From the sequence record MT446390.1: a stretch of DNA of 64,000 nucleotides; one strand, given 5' to 3'. Of this stretch, positions 44,300-51,794 are shown one piece after another. The notes beneath the pieces are model-generated. The model saw only the letters and a program-made list of their open reading frames with translations, was not told where the DNA came from and searched no databases. Each line of letters begins with the position of its first letter. Within the stretch, counting starts at the first letter, position 1. The DNA is from Escherichia phage TH12. A program made the translations under genes and the position numbers.

Positions 44300-44662
44300 A
44301 TGAAAGCATATCAAATTCTTGAAGGCACACACAAAGGCACTATTTATTTTGAAGACGGTACTCAAGCCCGGATTATTGTCTCTAAGACTTTTAAAGAAGA
44401 CGCTATTGTAGACCCGGAAATTTTCTACGGTTTGAATGCCCGTGAAATTGAAATTGAACATCAACCTAAAGTTAAAATTGAAGGTGGTCAACACCTGAAC
44501 GTTAATGTTCTGCGTCGTGAAACTCTGGAAGATGCAGTTAAGCATCCAGAAAAATATCCGCAGTTGACCATCCGTGTATCCGGTTATGCAGTTCGCTTTA
44601 ACTCTCTGACTCCGGAACAGCAGCGTGACGTTATCGCTCGTACCTTTACTGAGAGTCTATAA
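44300..44662 (+). CDS. autonomous glycyl radical cofactor (GrcA/YfiD-like)
   Basis: 120 aa; C-terminal about 65 aa ([60 protein letters not shown]) matches the glycyl-radical domain of E. coli GrcA/PflB including the radical Gly in RVSGYAV. Confidence 0.85.
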   Translation: MKAYQILEGTHKGTIYFEDGTQARIIVSKTFKEDAIVDPEIFYGLNAREIEIEHQPKVKIEGGQHLNVNVLRRETLEDAVKHPEKYPQLTIRVSGYAVRFNSLTPEQQRDVIARTFTESL

Positions 44663-44886
44663 TGGCTAAATTGATTATAGAAGGGTCTGAAGATGTTTTA
44701 AAATGTTTTGCCGCCTGGTTTAGTTGCTCAGGCGAGCAATCATTCATTGAAGCATTTAGAATGGGTGATATTACTGGAAACTATCCGACAACTGATATAA
44801 TTGTACGTGGATATGGCATTAATGAGCCTATCCAATTAGTCGAATATGACCTTGCCACTGATGAGGAAATTCCTTATGTCGATTGA
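44662..44886 (+). CDS. hypothetical protein
   Basis: 74 aa ORF. Confidence 0.45.
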   Translation: MAKLIIEGSEDVLKCFAAWFSCSGEQSFIEAFRMGDITGNYPTTDIIVRGYGINEPIQLVEYDLATDEEIPYVD

Positions 44887-45142
44887 AGACATCAAAGGCT
44901 ACAAGCCGCATACCGATGATAAAATCGGTAAAGTGAACGCTATTAAAGATGCAGAAGTCCGTCTTGGATTGTTGTTTGATGCTCTGATTGAAGAAGCATA
45001 TATCTTGAAAGAAAATGAAACAGAGCAACAAACCAAAGAAGATATGGATGCAGTACAGGCTCTTAAGTATGCTAAGCAACATCTAAAAGAAGCCAGCATG
45101 TGGGCCTGTCGTGCAGTATTTCGACCTGAGGAAAAATACTAA
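44876..45142 (+). CDS. vs.4-like protein (possible Acb2 cyclic-oligonucleotide sponge family)
   Basis: Start at ATG 44876 ([21 protein letters not shown]...) with RBS GAGGA; about 88 aa; assigned by position upstream of vs.3/regB and size. Confidence 0.5.
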   Translation: MSIEDIKGYKPHTDDKIGKVNAIKDAEVRLGLLFDALIEEAYILKENETEQQTKEDMDAVQALKYAKQHLKEASMWACRAVFRPEEKY

Positions 45143-45441
45143 TGGCTCAAATCCTATCAGGCTTTGGAACTCATTATGAAGCATCTAGACGCATAACTGA
45201 AAGCAATCCTTTTGGCCTTGTTCCGAAGCACAAGAAAATTCAAAGCCTTGATGACTTTGAGAACCGCCTATGGGCCCTCTTTAATGAGTACAAGGCATAT
45301 CTGAAAGAAGACGCTGACGATTGTCTTGAAGAAGATGAGATTGCGTATTACGAACAACGCCTTGAACAGCTCAAGAACTTCCATCAGGTTCGTGACGAAG
45401 TATCTAAAGCAGTTAAAAAGTTAATTCCTTTCAAAGAGTAG
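45142..45441 (+). CDS. hypothetical protein (vs.3 position)
   Basis: 99 aa ORF immediately upstream of regB. Confidence 0.5.
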   Translation: MAQILSGFGTHYEASRRITESNPFGLVPKHKKIQSLDDFENRLWALFNEYKAYLKEDADDCLEEDEIAYYEQRLEQLKNFHQVRDEVSKAVKKLIPFKE

Positions 45442-45491
45442 TTTACTTCTCCTCTAGTTGTGTTACTATAGACTTGTCAACTAGAGGAGAA
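45441..45491 (+). promoter_or_regulatory. early promoter for regB embedded in a 14-bp inverted repeat that pairs the RBS
   Basis: GTTTAC at 45441-45446; TTCTCCTCTAGTTG (45447-45460) is the exact reverse complement of CAACTAGAGGAGAA (45478-45491). Confidence 0.6.
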
Positions 45492-45497
45492 ATCAAA

Positions 45498-45956
45498 ATG
45501 ACTATCAATTCGGAAGTTTTTATCCGCCGTAATAAACTCCGTCGAATCTTTGAAACGGAGTTCCGCAAAATAAATGCCGGTATAAAAGATGCTGCAAAGT
45601 CTCTTGGACTACCAGGCTTTCATATCAAGTATTCTCAACATCTCTTAGATCGTGCCATCCAGAGAGAAATAGATGAGAATTACGTTTTTGAATTATTTCA
45701 TAAAGTAAAAAATCATGTTAAAGAAGTTGCAGAATTTTTATCAATGCCGGCACGTCCAGATGTTGATGAAGATTTTGTCGAAGGTGTCGAATATCGCCCA
45801 GGCCGTTTAGAAATAACTGATGGAAATCTTTGGTTAGGTCTTACAGTTTGTCGCGAAAATCCGGCATTCAAAATGAAGACTCTTCAATGTAGAATGGCTA
45901 TTATTAACAGTAAACGACTACCAGGAAAAGCTTCTAAAGCAGTGATTAAAATCTAG
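45498..45956 (+). CDS. regB: RegB site-specific endoribonuclease
   Basis: Start at MTINSEVFIRRNKLRRIFETEFRKINAG...; near-identical to T4 RegB. Confidence 0.9.
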   Translation: MTINSEVFIRRNKLRRIFETEFRKINAGIKDAAKSLGLPGFHIKYSQHLLDRAIQREIDENYVFELFHKVKNHVKEVAEFLSMPARPDVDEDFVEGVEYRPGRLEITDGNLWLGLTVCRENPAFKMKTLQCRMAIINSKRLPGKASKAVIKI

Positions 45957-45964
45957 AGGTAAAC

Positions 45965-46507
45965 ATGAGAAAAGCACTACTCGCTGGTCTATTTGCTCTT
46001 TCGTTATCAGCACATAGCTCCGAGCATACTTTTAGTAATGTCCAACTCGATAACTTGAATTATGCTTATCAGTTTGGGGAACAGTTTTCTAAGGACGGAA
46101 AATTTAAAACGCATGAAAATATGCATAAGAAAGGACTTGGATACATAATGGCCGCAATACTATGGCAAGAATCATCCGCAGGTATTAATCTTAAAGATAA
46201 GAAAGGTCACCATGCGTATGGAATGTTCCAAAACTATCTACCAACAATGAGGGCAAGAATTAACCAGCTTGGTTATAATATGACTGATGCCCAAATTAAG
46301 AAAATGCTATCTAAGCGGTCTAATTCAGCAAGATGGGCTTATATCGAATTTTCTTATTGGTTAAATATACATAACGGGGATATAAGAAAAGCTATATCCT
46401 CATATAATGCGGGATGGAAGACAAGTGCTGGAAGTAAATATGCTTCTGAAGTCCTAGAAAAGGCTAATTACCTTAAATCAAATAAACTACTGGAAATAAA
46501 AGAATGA
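45965..46507 (+). CDS. secreted hypothetical protein (vs.1 position), possible lytic-transglycosylase-like
   Basis: 180 aa; N-terminal signal peptide MRKALLAGLFALSLSAHS; motif LWQESS. Confidence 0.5.
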   Translation: MRKALLAGLFALSLSAHSSEHTFSNVQLDNLNYAYQFGEQFSKDGKFKTHENMHKKGLGYIMAAILWQESSAGINLKDKKGHHAYGMFQNYLPTMRARINQLGYNMTDAQIKKMLSKRSNSARWAYIEFSYWLNIHNGDIRKAISSYNAGWKTSAGSKYASEVLEKANYLKSNKLLEIKE

Positions 46508-46851
46508 CCAAAATGTTGGCTTTAATAGTTAGCTTGGTTTCATTTAACGCTCTTGCTAATACTACATATACTGATGTAACGGAGTATACAAACAGAACGG
46601 CGTCTGATTATTGTGGTAAAAGTCAAGAGTGTAAAGTAGATTTTTCACAAAAATTGTTATATGCGTATAAAGACGGAGAAAAAGATGGGGCGTCTAGTAG
46701 GTTCAAGGCGTCTACTTTAATTAAAAGATACTATAAAAAATGGCAAATATTAGAATGCTCGGTGGCGGAACCTAAAGATAAGGCAGCATGCAATTCTATG
46801 GTGGACCGTCTAGTTGACTCTTATACTAGAGGACTTGTAGCAAGTGATTAA
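46504..46851 (+). CDS. secreted hypothetical protein (vs position)
   Basis: 115 aa; signal peptide MTKMLALIVSLVSFNALA. Confidence 0.5.
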   Translation: MTKMLALIVSLVSFNALANTTYTDVTEYTNRTASDYCGKSQECKVDFSQKLLYAYKDGEKDGASSRFKASTLIKRYYKKWQILECSVAEPKDKAACNSMVDRLVDSYTRGLVASD

Positions 46852-47311
46852 AAACTATATCAAGGGCGATATTGTCGCCCTGTTTTCTAAAGGTAATAAT
46901 ATTGCTCATGGGTGCAATTGTTTTCATACAATGGGTGCCGGTGTAGCAGGTCAATTGGCAAAGGCTTATCCAAAAATTTTAGAAGCCGATAAACTTCAAA
47001 CCGAATTCGGAGACGAGACTAAACTCGGGACTTATTCGGTTTATGAAAAATATTTTAAGACCCATAAAGCTTATTGCTTTAATCTTTATACACAGTTTGA
47101 GCCGGGACCTAATTTTGAGTACTCTGCTTTAATGAATTGTATAATAGAATTAAATGAATTCGGAAAAAATAAGATAACAAAGCCTGTAATTTATATGCCA
47201 AGAATTGGTGCAGGTATTGGTGGTGGAAACTGGGATGTCATCGAAGAGATTTTAGATACGTATTCCACTAAACTAGAAATTGTGATTGTTGATTGGGAAC
47301 CATTGTTATGA
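46844..47311 (+). CDS. macro-domain protein, TARG1/OARD1-like
   Basis: 155 aa; motifs IAHGCNCFHTMGAGVAGQ and PVIYMPRIGAGIGGGNWDVI parallel the OARD1/TARG1 macro-domain signature (AHC-S-D--MGAGIA ... MPRIGCGLD). Confidence 0.65.
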   Translation: MIKNYIKGDIVALFSKGNNIAHGCNCFHTMGAGVAGQLAKAYPKILEADKLQTEFGDETKLGTYSVYEKYFKTHKAYCFNLYTQFEPGPNFEYSALMNCIIELNEFGKNKITKPVIYMPRIGAGIGGGNWDVIEEILDTYSTKLEIVIVDWEPLL

Positions 47312-47514
47312 GCCAAACAAAAATTCTTACAGGTGCTAAATGCGAAAAATGCGAATGGCCTGTAGTTTTTGCTTTATGCAATGACGAAATGGCTTGTGAT
47401 TTTGATTATTGGTGTTACTGTTCGAACAAAGGTTGTAGCAATCATAAAGGTGAAGGGTTTTACTCAGGATTTTACCCTTACCCAGATTTCGTTAAAGAAG
47501 GTGAACCTAAATGA
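47308..47514 (+). CDS. small Cys-rich hypothetical protein
   Basis: Start at ATG 47308 (MSQTKILTGAKCEKCEWP...); multiple Cys pairs suggest Zn binding. Confidence 0.4.
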   Translation: MSQTKILTGAKCEKCEWPVVFALCNDEMACDFDYWCYCSNKGCSNHKGEGFYSGFYPYPDFVKEGEPK

Positions 47515-47693
47515 AATTGACTAAAGAAGAGAAAACTAAACTGTTCGAACTTATCCATGACCTATTGGATGAGCAAGCAGCCACTAATGCGTACGATGAA
47601 TATGCTCCTTTAACAGACGAAGAATATCAAGCATTGATGGAATCATTTGACAGGAAAGAACAAGAACTCATTGACTACGTGAATTCACTATAA
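47511..47693 (+). CDS. small acidic hypothetical protein
   Basis: 60 aa ORF. Confidence 0.4.
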   Translation: MKLTKEEKTKLFELIHDLLDEQAATNAYDEYAPLTDEEYQALMESFDRKEQELIDYVNSL

Positions 47694-47702
47694 GGGACTC
47701 TT

Positions 47703-48284
47703 ATGGCTAGTTTAATTTTTACCTATGCCGCTATGAACGCTGGTAAGTCTGCTTCATTACTTACTGCCGCACATAACTATAAAGAACGTGGCATGGGTGT
47801 ATTAGTTCTTAAACCGGCTATTGATACTCGCGATTCAAAAGGTGAAATAGTCTCCCGTATTGGTATTCGTCAGGATGCCAATATAATTACAAAAGACATG
47901 GATATCTTTGAATTTTATAAATGGGCTGCAGCACAAAAGGATATTCACTGTGTATTTGTTGACGAAGCTCAGTTCTTAACTACTGAAAAGGTGTATCAAC
48001 TTAGTCGTATTGTTGACGTATACAATGTGCCGGTAATGGCATACGGACTACGAACAGATTTTAAAGGTAATCTATTTGAAGGTTCTCAAGCATTAATGGC
48101 TATTGCCGATAAGCTTGTTGAACTTAAAGGTGTCTGTCATTGTGGTAAAAAGGCCACTATGGTAGCTAGAGTCACGGAAGACGGACTTCCAATTACAGAT
48201 GGCAGTCAAATTGAAATTGGTGATACCGATAGATACGTGTCATTATGCCGGAAGCATTGGAATGATTTGACAGGGTTGTTATAA
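47703..48284 (+). CDS. tk: thymidine kinase
   Basis: 193 aa; MASLIFTYAAMNAGKSASLL... P-loop and C-terminal Zn-ribbon CHCGKKAT...CRKHW; matches T4 Tk. Confidence 0.95.
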   Translation: MASLIFTYAAMNAGKSASLLTAAHNYKERGMGVLVLKPAIDTRDSKGEIVSRIGIRQDANIITKDMDIFEFYKWAAAQKDIHCVFVDEAQFLTTEKVYQLSRIVDVYNVPVMAYGLRTDFKGNLFEGSQALMAIADKLVELKGVCHCGKKATMVARVTEDGLPITDGSQIEIGDTDRYVSLCRKHWNDLTGLL

Positions 48285-48311
48285 ATACTAATATCTAACC
48301 AAGAGGTATAT

Positions 48312-48524
48312 ATGCAGCAATTAAACGAAAGACAACTTCGTAATCTTACTGTAACCCAATTGGATGAAATCCGAAGAGAATTAGGACATTCTATTTCTCA
48401 TTTAAACGAGGATATCCGTCAAACTGGTTCTAAAGCTGATTATACACGCAAGCGCAAGCTGGAAAAATACCTCACAGATGTTAAGGCCGTCCAAAGGCGA
48501 AAAATAAATACTGGCCAAAATTAA
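48312..48524 (+). CDS. hypothetical protein (rI.1 position)
   Basis: 70 aa ORF between tk and rI. Confidence 0.45.
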   Translation: MQQLNERQLRNLTVTQLDEIRRELGHSISHLNEDIRQTGSKADYTRKRKLEKYLTDVKAVQRRKINTGQN

Positions 48525-48536
48525 CAGGAGGCCTAT

Positions 48537-48839
48537 ATGGCCTTAAGAGCGATAGCTGTCATGGCGATGCTGGGGTTTTTTGCAGCAACAACTCCTATCG
48601 TTGGTACTGCACATATTGACCCATATTTTGATAACTTTATGGAATCAGGGATTAAAAACGTATATACTTTGTTTGAAATTCAAAATGTCGAGAATTCTGA
48701 AAAATTCTATAAGTATATGGCAAAGCATTACAAAAATAGCCCCTGTGATGATGCATTTGAATGTCATGAACAAGGCATAAAAACTGCCAGACAATTTGCT
48801 GAGTTCATGAAAATAAAATTAGAGCCTACATCTATCTAA
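48537..48839 (+). CDS. rI: lysis inhibition regulator rI
   Basis: 100 aa; N-terminal signal-anchor MALRAIAVMAMLGFFAA; periplasmic domain DPYFDNFMESGIKNVYTLFE... resembles T4 RI. Confidence 0.8.
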   Translation: MALRAIAVMAMLGFFAATTPIVGTAHIDPYFDNFMESGIKNVYTLFEIQNVENSEKFYKYMAKHYKNSPCDDAFECHEQGIKTARQFAEFMKIKLEPTSI

Positions 48840-48845
48840 TTTACT

Positions 48846-48875
48846 AGCCCCTTCCTTATGGTTGGGGCTTTTTGG
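48846..48875 (+). terminator. rho-independent terminator
   Basis: AGCCCC-ttccttatggtt-GGGGCT followed by TTTTTGG. Confidence 0.65.
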
Positions 48876-48884
48876 CATTTAACA

Positions 48885-48935
48885 GTTTACTTCTCCTTGA
48901 GATGTGTTATAGTAGTCCTTACTTACTAGAGGAGA
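48885..48935 (+). promoter_or_regulatory. early promoter with RBS-pairing inverted repeat
   Basis: GTTTAC; TTATAGT -10; TTCTCCT (48891-48897) complementary to AGGAGAA (48929-48935). Confidence 0.55.
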
Positions 48936-48940
48936 ACGTT

Positions 48941-49120
48941 ATGACACGTAAAGAAAAGATTTCTAAGTTGATGTTTTTGATTGAAGAGTACGCTAATGCG
49001 GTATCTGATTGGGAAAATGCTCATGGTTGCGAAGATGGAGACATCGACATTAACAGGGCTATGAAAAAGATGGCCGACGCTCACACCGAATTGCAAATGT
49101 ATGTTAACGAGATTATGTGA
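48941..49120 (+). CDS. small hypothetical protein
   Basis: Start at ATG 48941 (MTRKEKISKLMFLIEEY...) after RBS AGAGGAGAA. Confidence 0.45.
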   Translation: MTRKEKISKLMFLIEEYANAVSDWENAHGCEDGDIDINRAMKKMADAHTELQMYVNEIM

Positions 49121-49127
49121 GGATATT

Positions 49128-49334
49128 ATGCTTTACGATTATACTGGAAAATCTGAAGACGGTGTACTTGAACTTTTACCTGAAAGCGCTGAAGATGATG
49201 ATATGGTGGTGATGTTTTGTAAAAATGGCCCTGGGGATAAGGGATGGATTTATCTTCGCCAAGAAAATGACCTAATTGTTTTAGACCCTAAACAAGTTGA
49301 AGAACTTTATCAACATTTAAAACACAATCGGTAG
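49128..49334 (+). CDS. small hypothetical protein
   Basis: Start at ATG 49128 (MLYDYTGKSEDG...) after RBS TGAGGA. Confidence 0.45.
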   Translation: MLYDYTGKSEDGVLELLPESAEDDDMVVMFCKNGPGDKGWIYLRQENDLIVLDPKQVEELYQHLKHNR

Positions 49335-49372
49335 TTTACATCTTGGTAGGACTATGTTATAGTAGTCCTACC
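49335..49372 (+). promoter_or_regulatory. early promoter / stem-loop cassette
   Basis: GTTTAC; inverted repeat GGTAGGACTA/TAGTCCTACC around TGTTATAG. Confidence 0.6.
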
Positions 49373-49391
49373 AAAACAAACGGAGAACAAA

Positions 49392-49502
49392 ATGAAACTT
49401 TTGCTTATCGCTTATGTTGTAGTACAATACAATTATCCGATGTTTACTTATAACATGGTAAACGGCATAGTGAATCTTATTGAAACGAGTATGGTAAAAT
49501 GA
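49392..49502 (+). CDS. small hydrophobic peptide (36 aa, not in ORF track)
   Basis: ATG after RBS CGGAGAA; MKLLLIAYVVVQYNYPMFTYNMVNGIVNLIETSMVK. Confidence 0.3.
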   Translation: MKLLLIAYVVVQYNYPMFTYNMVNGIVNLIETSMVK

Positions 49503-49678
49503 CCCGTGAACAAGCTAATAAATTGATGGACCTTATCCATGACCTACGTGAAGCCGATTCAGATTTGAATGATGTAGCTTATCACGCGGTAAATGATAAC
49601 GGAGACTTTTATGAAAATCAGGTTGATGCTTGTCAGAATGATTTGGTGAATTTTGTTGAAACTTTAATTGGTGAATAA
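49499..49678 (+). CDS. small acidic hypothetical protein (59 aa, not in ORF track)
   Basis: ATGA overlap with the upstream peptide ORF; MTREQANKLMDLIHDLREADSDLNDVAYHAV... Confidence 0.35.
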   Translation: MTREQANKLMDLIHDLREADSDLNDVAYHAVNDNGDFYENQVDACQNDLVNFVETLIGE

Positions 49679-49679
49679 T

Positions 49680-50210
49680 ATGAAAATTGTAATTGAAACA
49701 ACCGAGTTGTTTGGTGATTTATGTATCGAAAAACGTGGTTATGCTTACGTTCTGACACAAGAAGATGATTCTGTTACTATTCTTCCTATGGAACTGGACA
49801 AGATTTTGAAACTCAATCCACCGGGCCATGCATCTGTAATTAACATTGATGAAGACCTTCAAGTTCGTTTTTATCATGGACTTTATAGTGGGGTTAATAT
49901 CGAAACAGAAGATGAATGCCTTTCTATTAATAATTGGAAAACATTCGTCACTAAAGTGAAAGAATTCATTGAATCTGAAACAGCCAAAAAGGCCAAACTT
50001 CAATGGGCTAAATGCCGTAATGCTTTTATTACAAATCAGGACCGCCCTGACTATACAACGGTCCTAGGCGTTAATCCTTCTTATGAAGATGGCGATGTTG
50101 TAGTTATTCGTCAAATTGATGACCTTCGTCAACATATCGTTACATTAGACAAAGATGAAGCAGTTGCTCTTAAAGCTTATCTTGATTCTATTATCCCAAC
50201 TTTGAAATAA
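49680..50210 (+). CDS. hypothetical protein
   Basis: Start at ATG 49680 (MKIVIETTELFGDL...); 176 aa. Confidence 0.5.
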   Translation: MKIVIETTELFGDLCIEKRGYAYVLTQEDDSVTILPMELDKILKLNPPGHASVINIDEDLQVRFYHGLYSGVNIETEDECLSINNWKTFVTKVKEFIESETAKKAKLQWAKCRNAFITNQDRPDYTTVLGVNPSYEDGDVVVIRQIDDLRQHIVTLDKDEAVALKAYLDSIIPTLK

Positions 50211-50219
50211 GGAATTATT

Positions 50220-50693
50220 ATGATTATCAATGAAAACTCTTGGCACTTTAAAATTTATGCCGCGTTCAATAGTACATGGAATCGTCCGAAAACGTTGTGT
50301 GCTTATTTTTGGAAAACGTTAATCCCAGTATTGTCTGTTTCAATTATTGGATTTGCGATTTTAGCAGCAGTCGTAATCATTGGCCAGGAAATTTTAACTA
50401 GATTCTTTGTTTTTAGCAGTCTATGGACATTAGTTCCGGCCTCAATTGGCGTAGGCATTTTAATGGTAGCAGTCATGTCTCTTATTGCTGTCGGGTTGGT
50501 AATTGGCCCGTCTTGGTTGTTAGACAAATATAACGACAGAAAATATTATAAAGAAGTTGAGCTCATTGCACAAAACCAAGAACGAATTAAAAATGGACTT
50601 GAGCCTATTGAACGTAAGAAATCATTAATAGGTGAATACCTTAAAGCTCGTAAAGAAAAAGTCTGTCCTACTCTTGAATATAAGGCTAAATGA
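50220..50693 (+). CDS. hypothetical membrane protein
   Basis: 157 aa; 2-3 predicted TM helices. Confidence 0.5.
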   Translation: MIINENSWHFKIYAAFNSTWNRPKTLCAYFWKTLIPVLSVSIIGFAILAAVVIIGQEILTRFFVFSSLWTLVPASIGVGILMVAVMSLIAVGLVIGPSWLLDKYNDRKYYKEVELIAQNQERIKNGLEPIERKKSLIGEYLKARKEKVCPTLEYKAK

Positions 50694-51679
50694 TGAAAAC
50701 AATTATGAAAGGCTACTTTGGTAGTCACCTTTATGGAACGTCTACTCCTGAATCTGACGTCGATTTTAAAGAAATTTATGTCCCTCATGCTCGTGATATC
50801 TTGACCGGTAACGTTAAAGAACACATGAGCAAGAACACGAATAACACATCTTCTAAGAACACAAAAGACGACGTGGACCATGAGTTGTATAGTCTCAAAT
50901 ATTTCTTTAAACTAGCTGTGGATGGTGAAACCGTCGCATTAGATATGCTTCACACTCCACAAAGTCTAGTAGTTAAATCTGATTTGCCTGATGTATGGAA
51001 GTATATTCAAGATAACAGATCTCGTTTCTATACCACTAACATGAAATCTTATTTAGGGTATGTCCGTAAGCAAGCTTCTAAATATGGCGTCAAGGGTTCT
51101 CGTCTGGCTGTTCTCCGCCAAGCCCTTAAACGTTCTAATGAATGGGGACGATACTTTGATAATGGCGCAGTAATTCGTTTATCACATATGAAGAACGTTC
51201 TGCCTGTAGGTGAATTTGCTTCATGGGTTGAAACTGAAAACGAGAAAACAGGTAAGCAAACATTCTATAGTCTGTTGGACCGTAAATTCCAAGACACGTT
51301 AACCAATAAAGAGTTCAATGCCATCCTGGTTAAACTTGAAGAGAACTACGGTGAACGTGCTCGTAAGGCAGAAGCCAATGAAGGTATTGATTGGAAAGCA
51401 TTGAGTCATGCATGCCGTGGTGGACTTCAGCTCTTAGAAATTTACAAAACCGGCGACCTGGTTTACCCGCTTCAGGATGCTCCATTTATTCTCGATGTTA
51501 AGCTTGGTAAACATACGTTTAAAACCGTACAGGAATTCTTAGAAGATATCGTTGACCAAGTTGAACATGCGGCAGAACAAGCTGCTAAGAACGGTATGCA
51601 GCAAAAAGTAGATATGAGTTTCTGGGATGACTTCCTTGAGCAAGTCTACTTAGAAAACCACAATTCATACTATAAATGA
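50690..51679 (+). CDS. nucleotidyltransferase-fold protein (Pol-beta-like NTase superfamily)
   Basis: 329 aa; N-terminal YFGSHLYGTSTPESDVDF fits the hG[GS]-x(9-13)-DhDh NTase signature. Confidence 0.6.
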   Translation: MMKTIMKGYFGSHLYGTSTPESDVDFKEIYVPHARDILTGNVKEHMSKNTNNTSSKNTKDDVDHELYSLKYFFKLAVDGETVALDMLHTPQSLVVKSDLPDVWKYIQDNRSRFYTTNMKSYLGYVRKQASKYGVKGSRLAVLRQALKRSNEWGRYFDNGAVIRLSHMKNVLPVGEFASWVETENEKTGKQTFYSLLDRKFQDTLTNKEFNAILVKLEENYGERARKAEANEGIDWKALSHACRGGLQLLEIYKTGDLVYPLQDAPFILDVKLGKHTFKTVQEFLEDIVDQVEHAAEQAAKNGMQQKVDMSFWDDFLEQVYLENHNSYYK

Positions 51680-51680
51680 T

Positions 51681-51698
51681 AAGGGCCTTCGGGCCCTT
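51681..51698 (+). terminator. tetraloop hairpin
   Basis: AAGGGCC-ttcg-GGCCCTT directly after the NTase gene stop. Confidence 0.5.
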
Positions 51699-51726
51699 TA
51701 GGGGGTCAAAATATTTTTAAAAAGTA

Positions 51727-51760
51727 GTGTACATGTTTTTAGGATATGTTATTATAGACC
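51727..51760 (+). promoter_or_regulatory. early promoter-like cassette
   Basis: GTGTAC -35-like; GTTATTATAGACCTATC shared with the cassette at 53198. Confidence 0.45.
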
Positions 51761-51794
51761 TATCAAAACGAAATGAGTAAATTTGGAGAATAAA

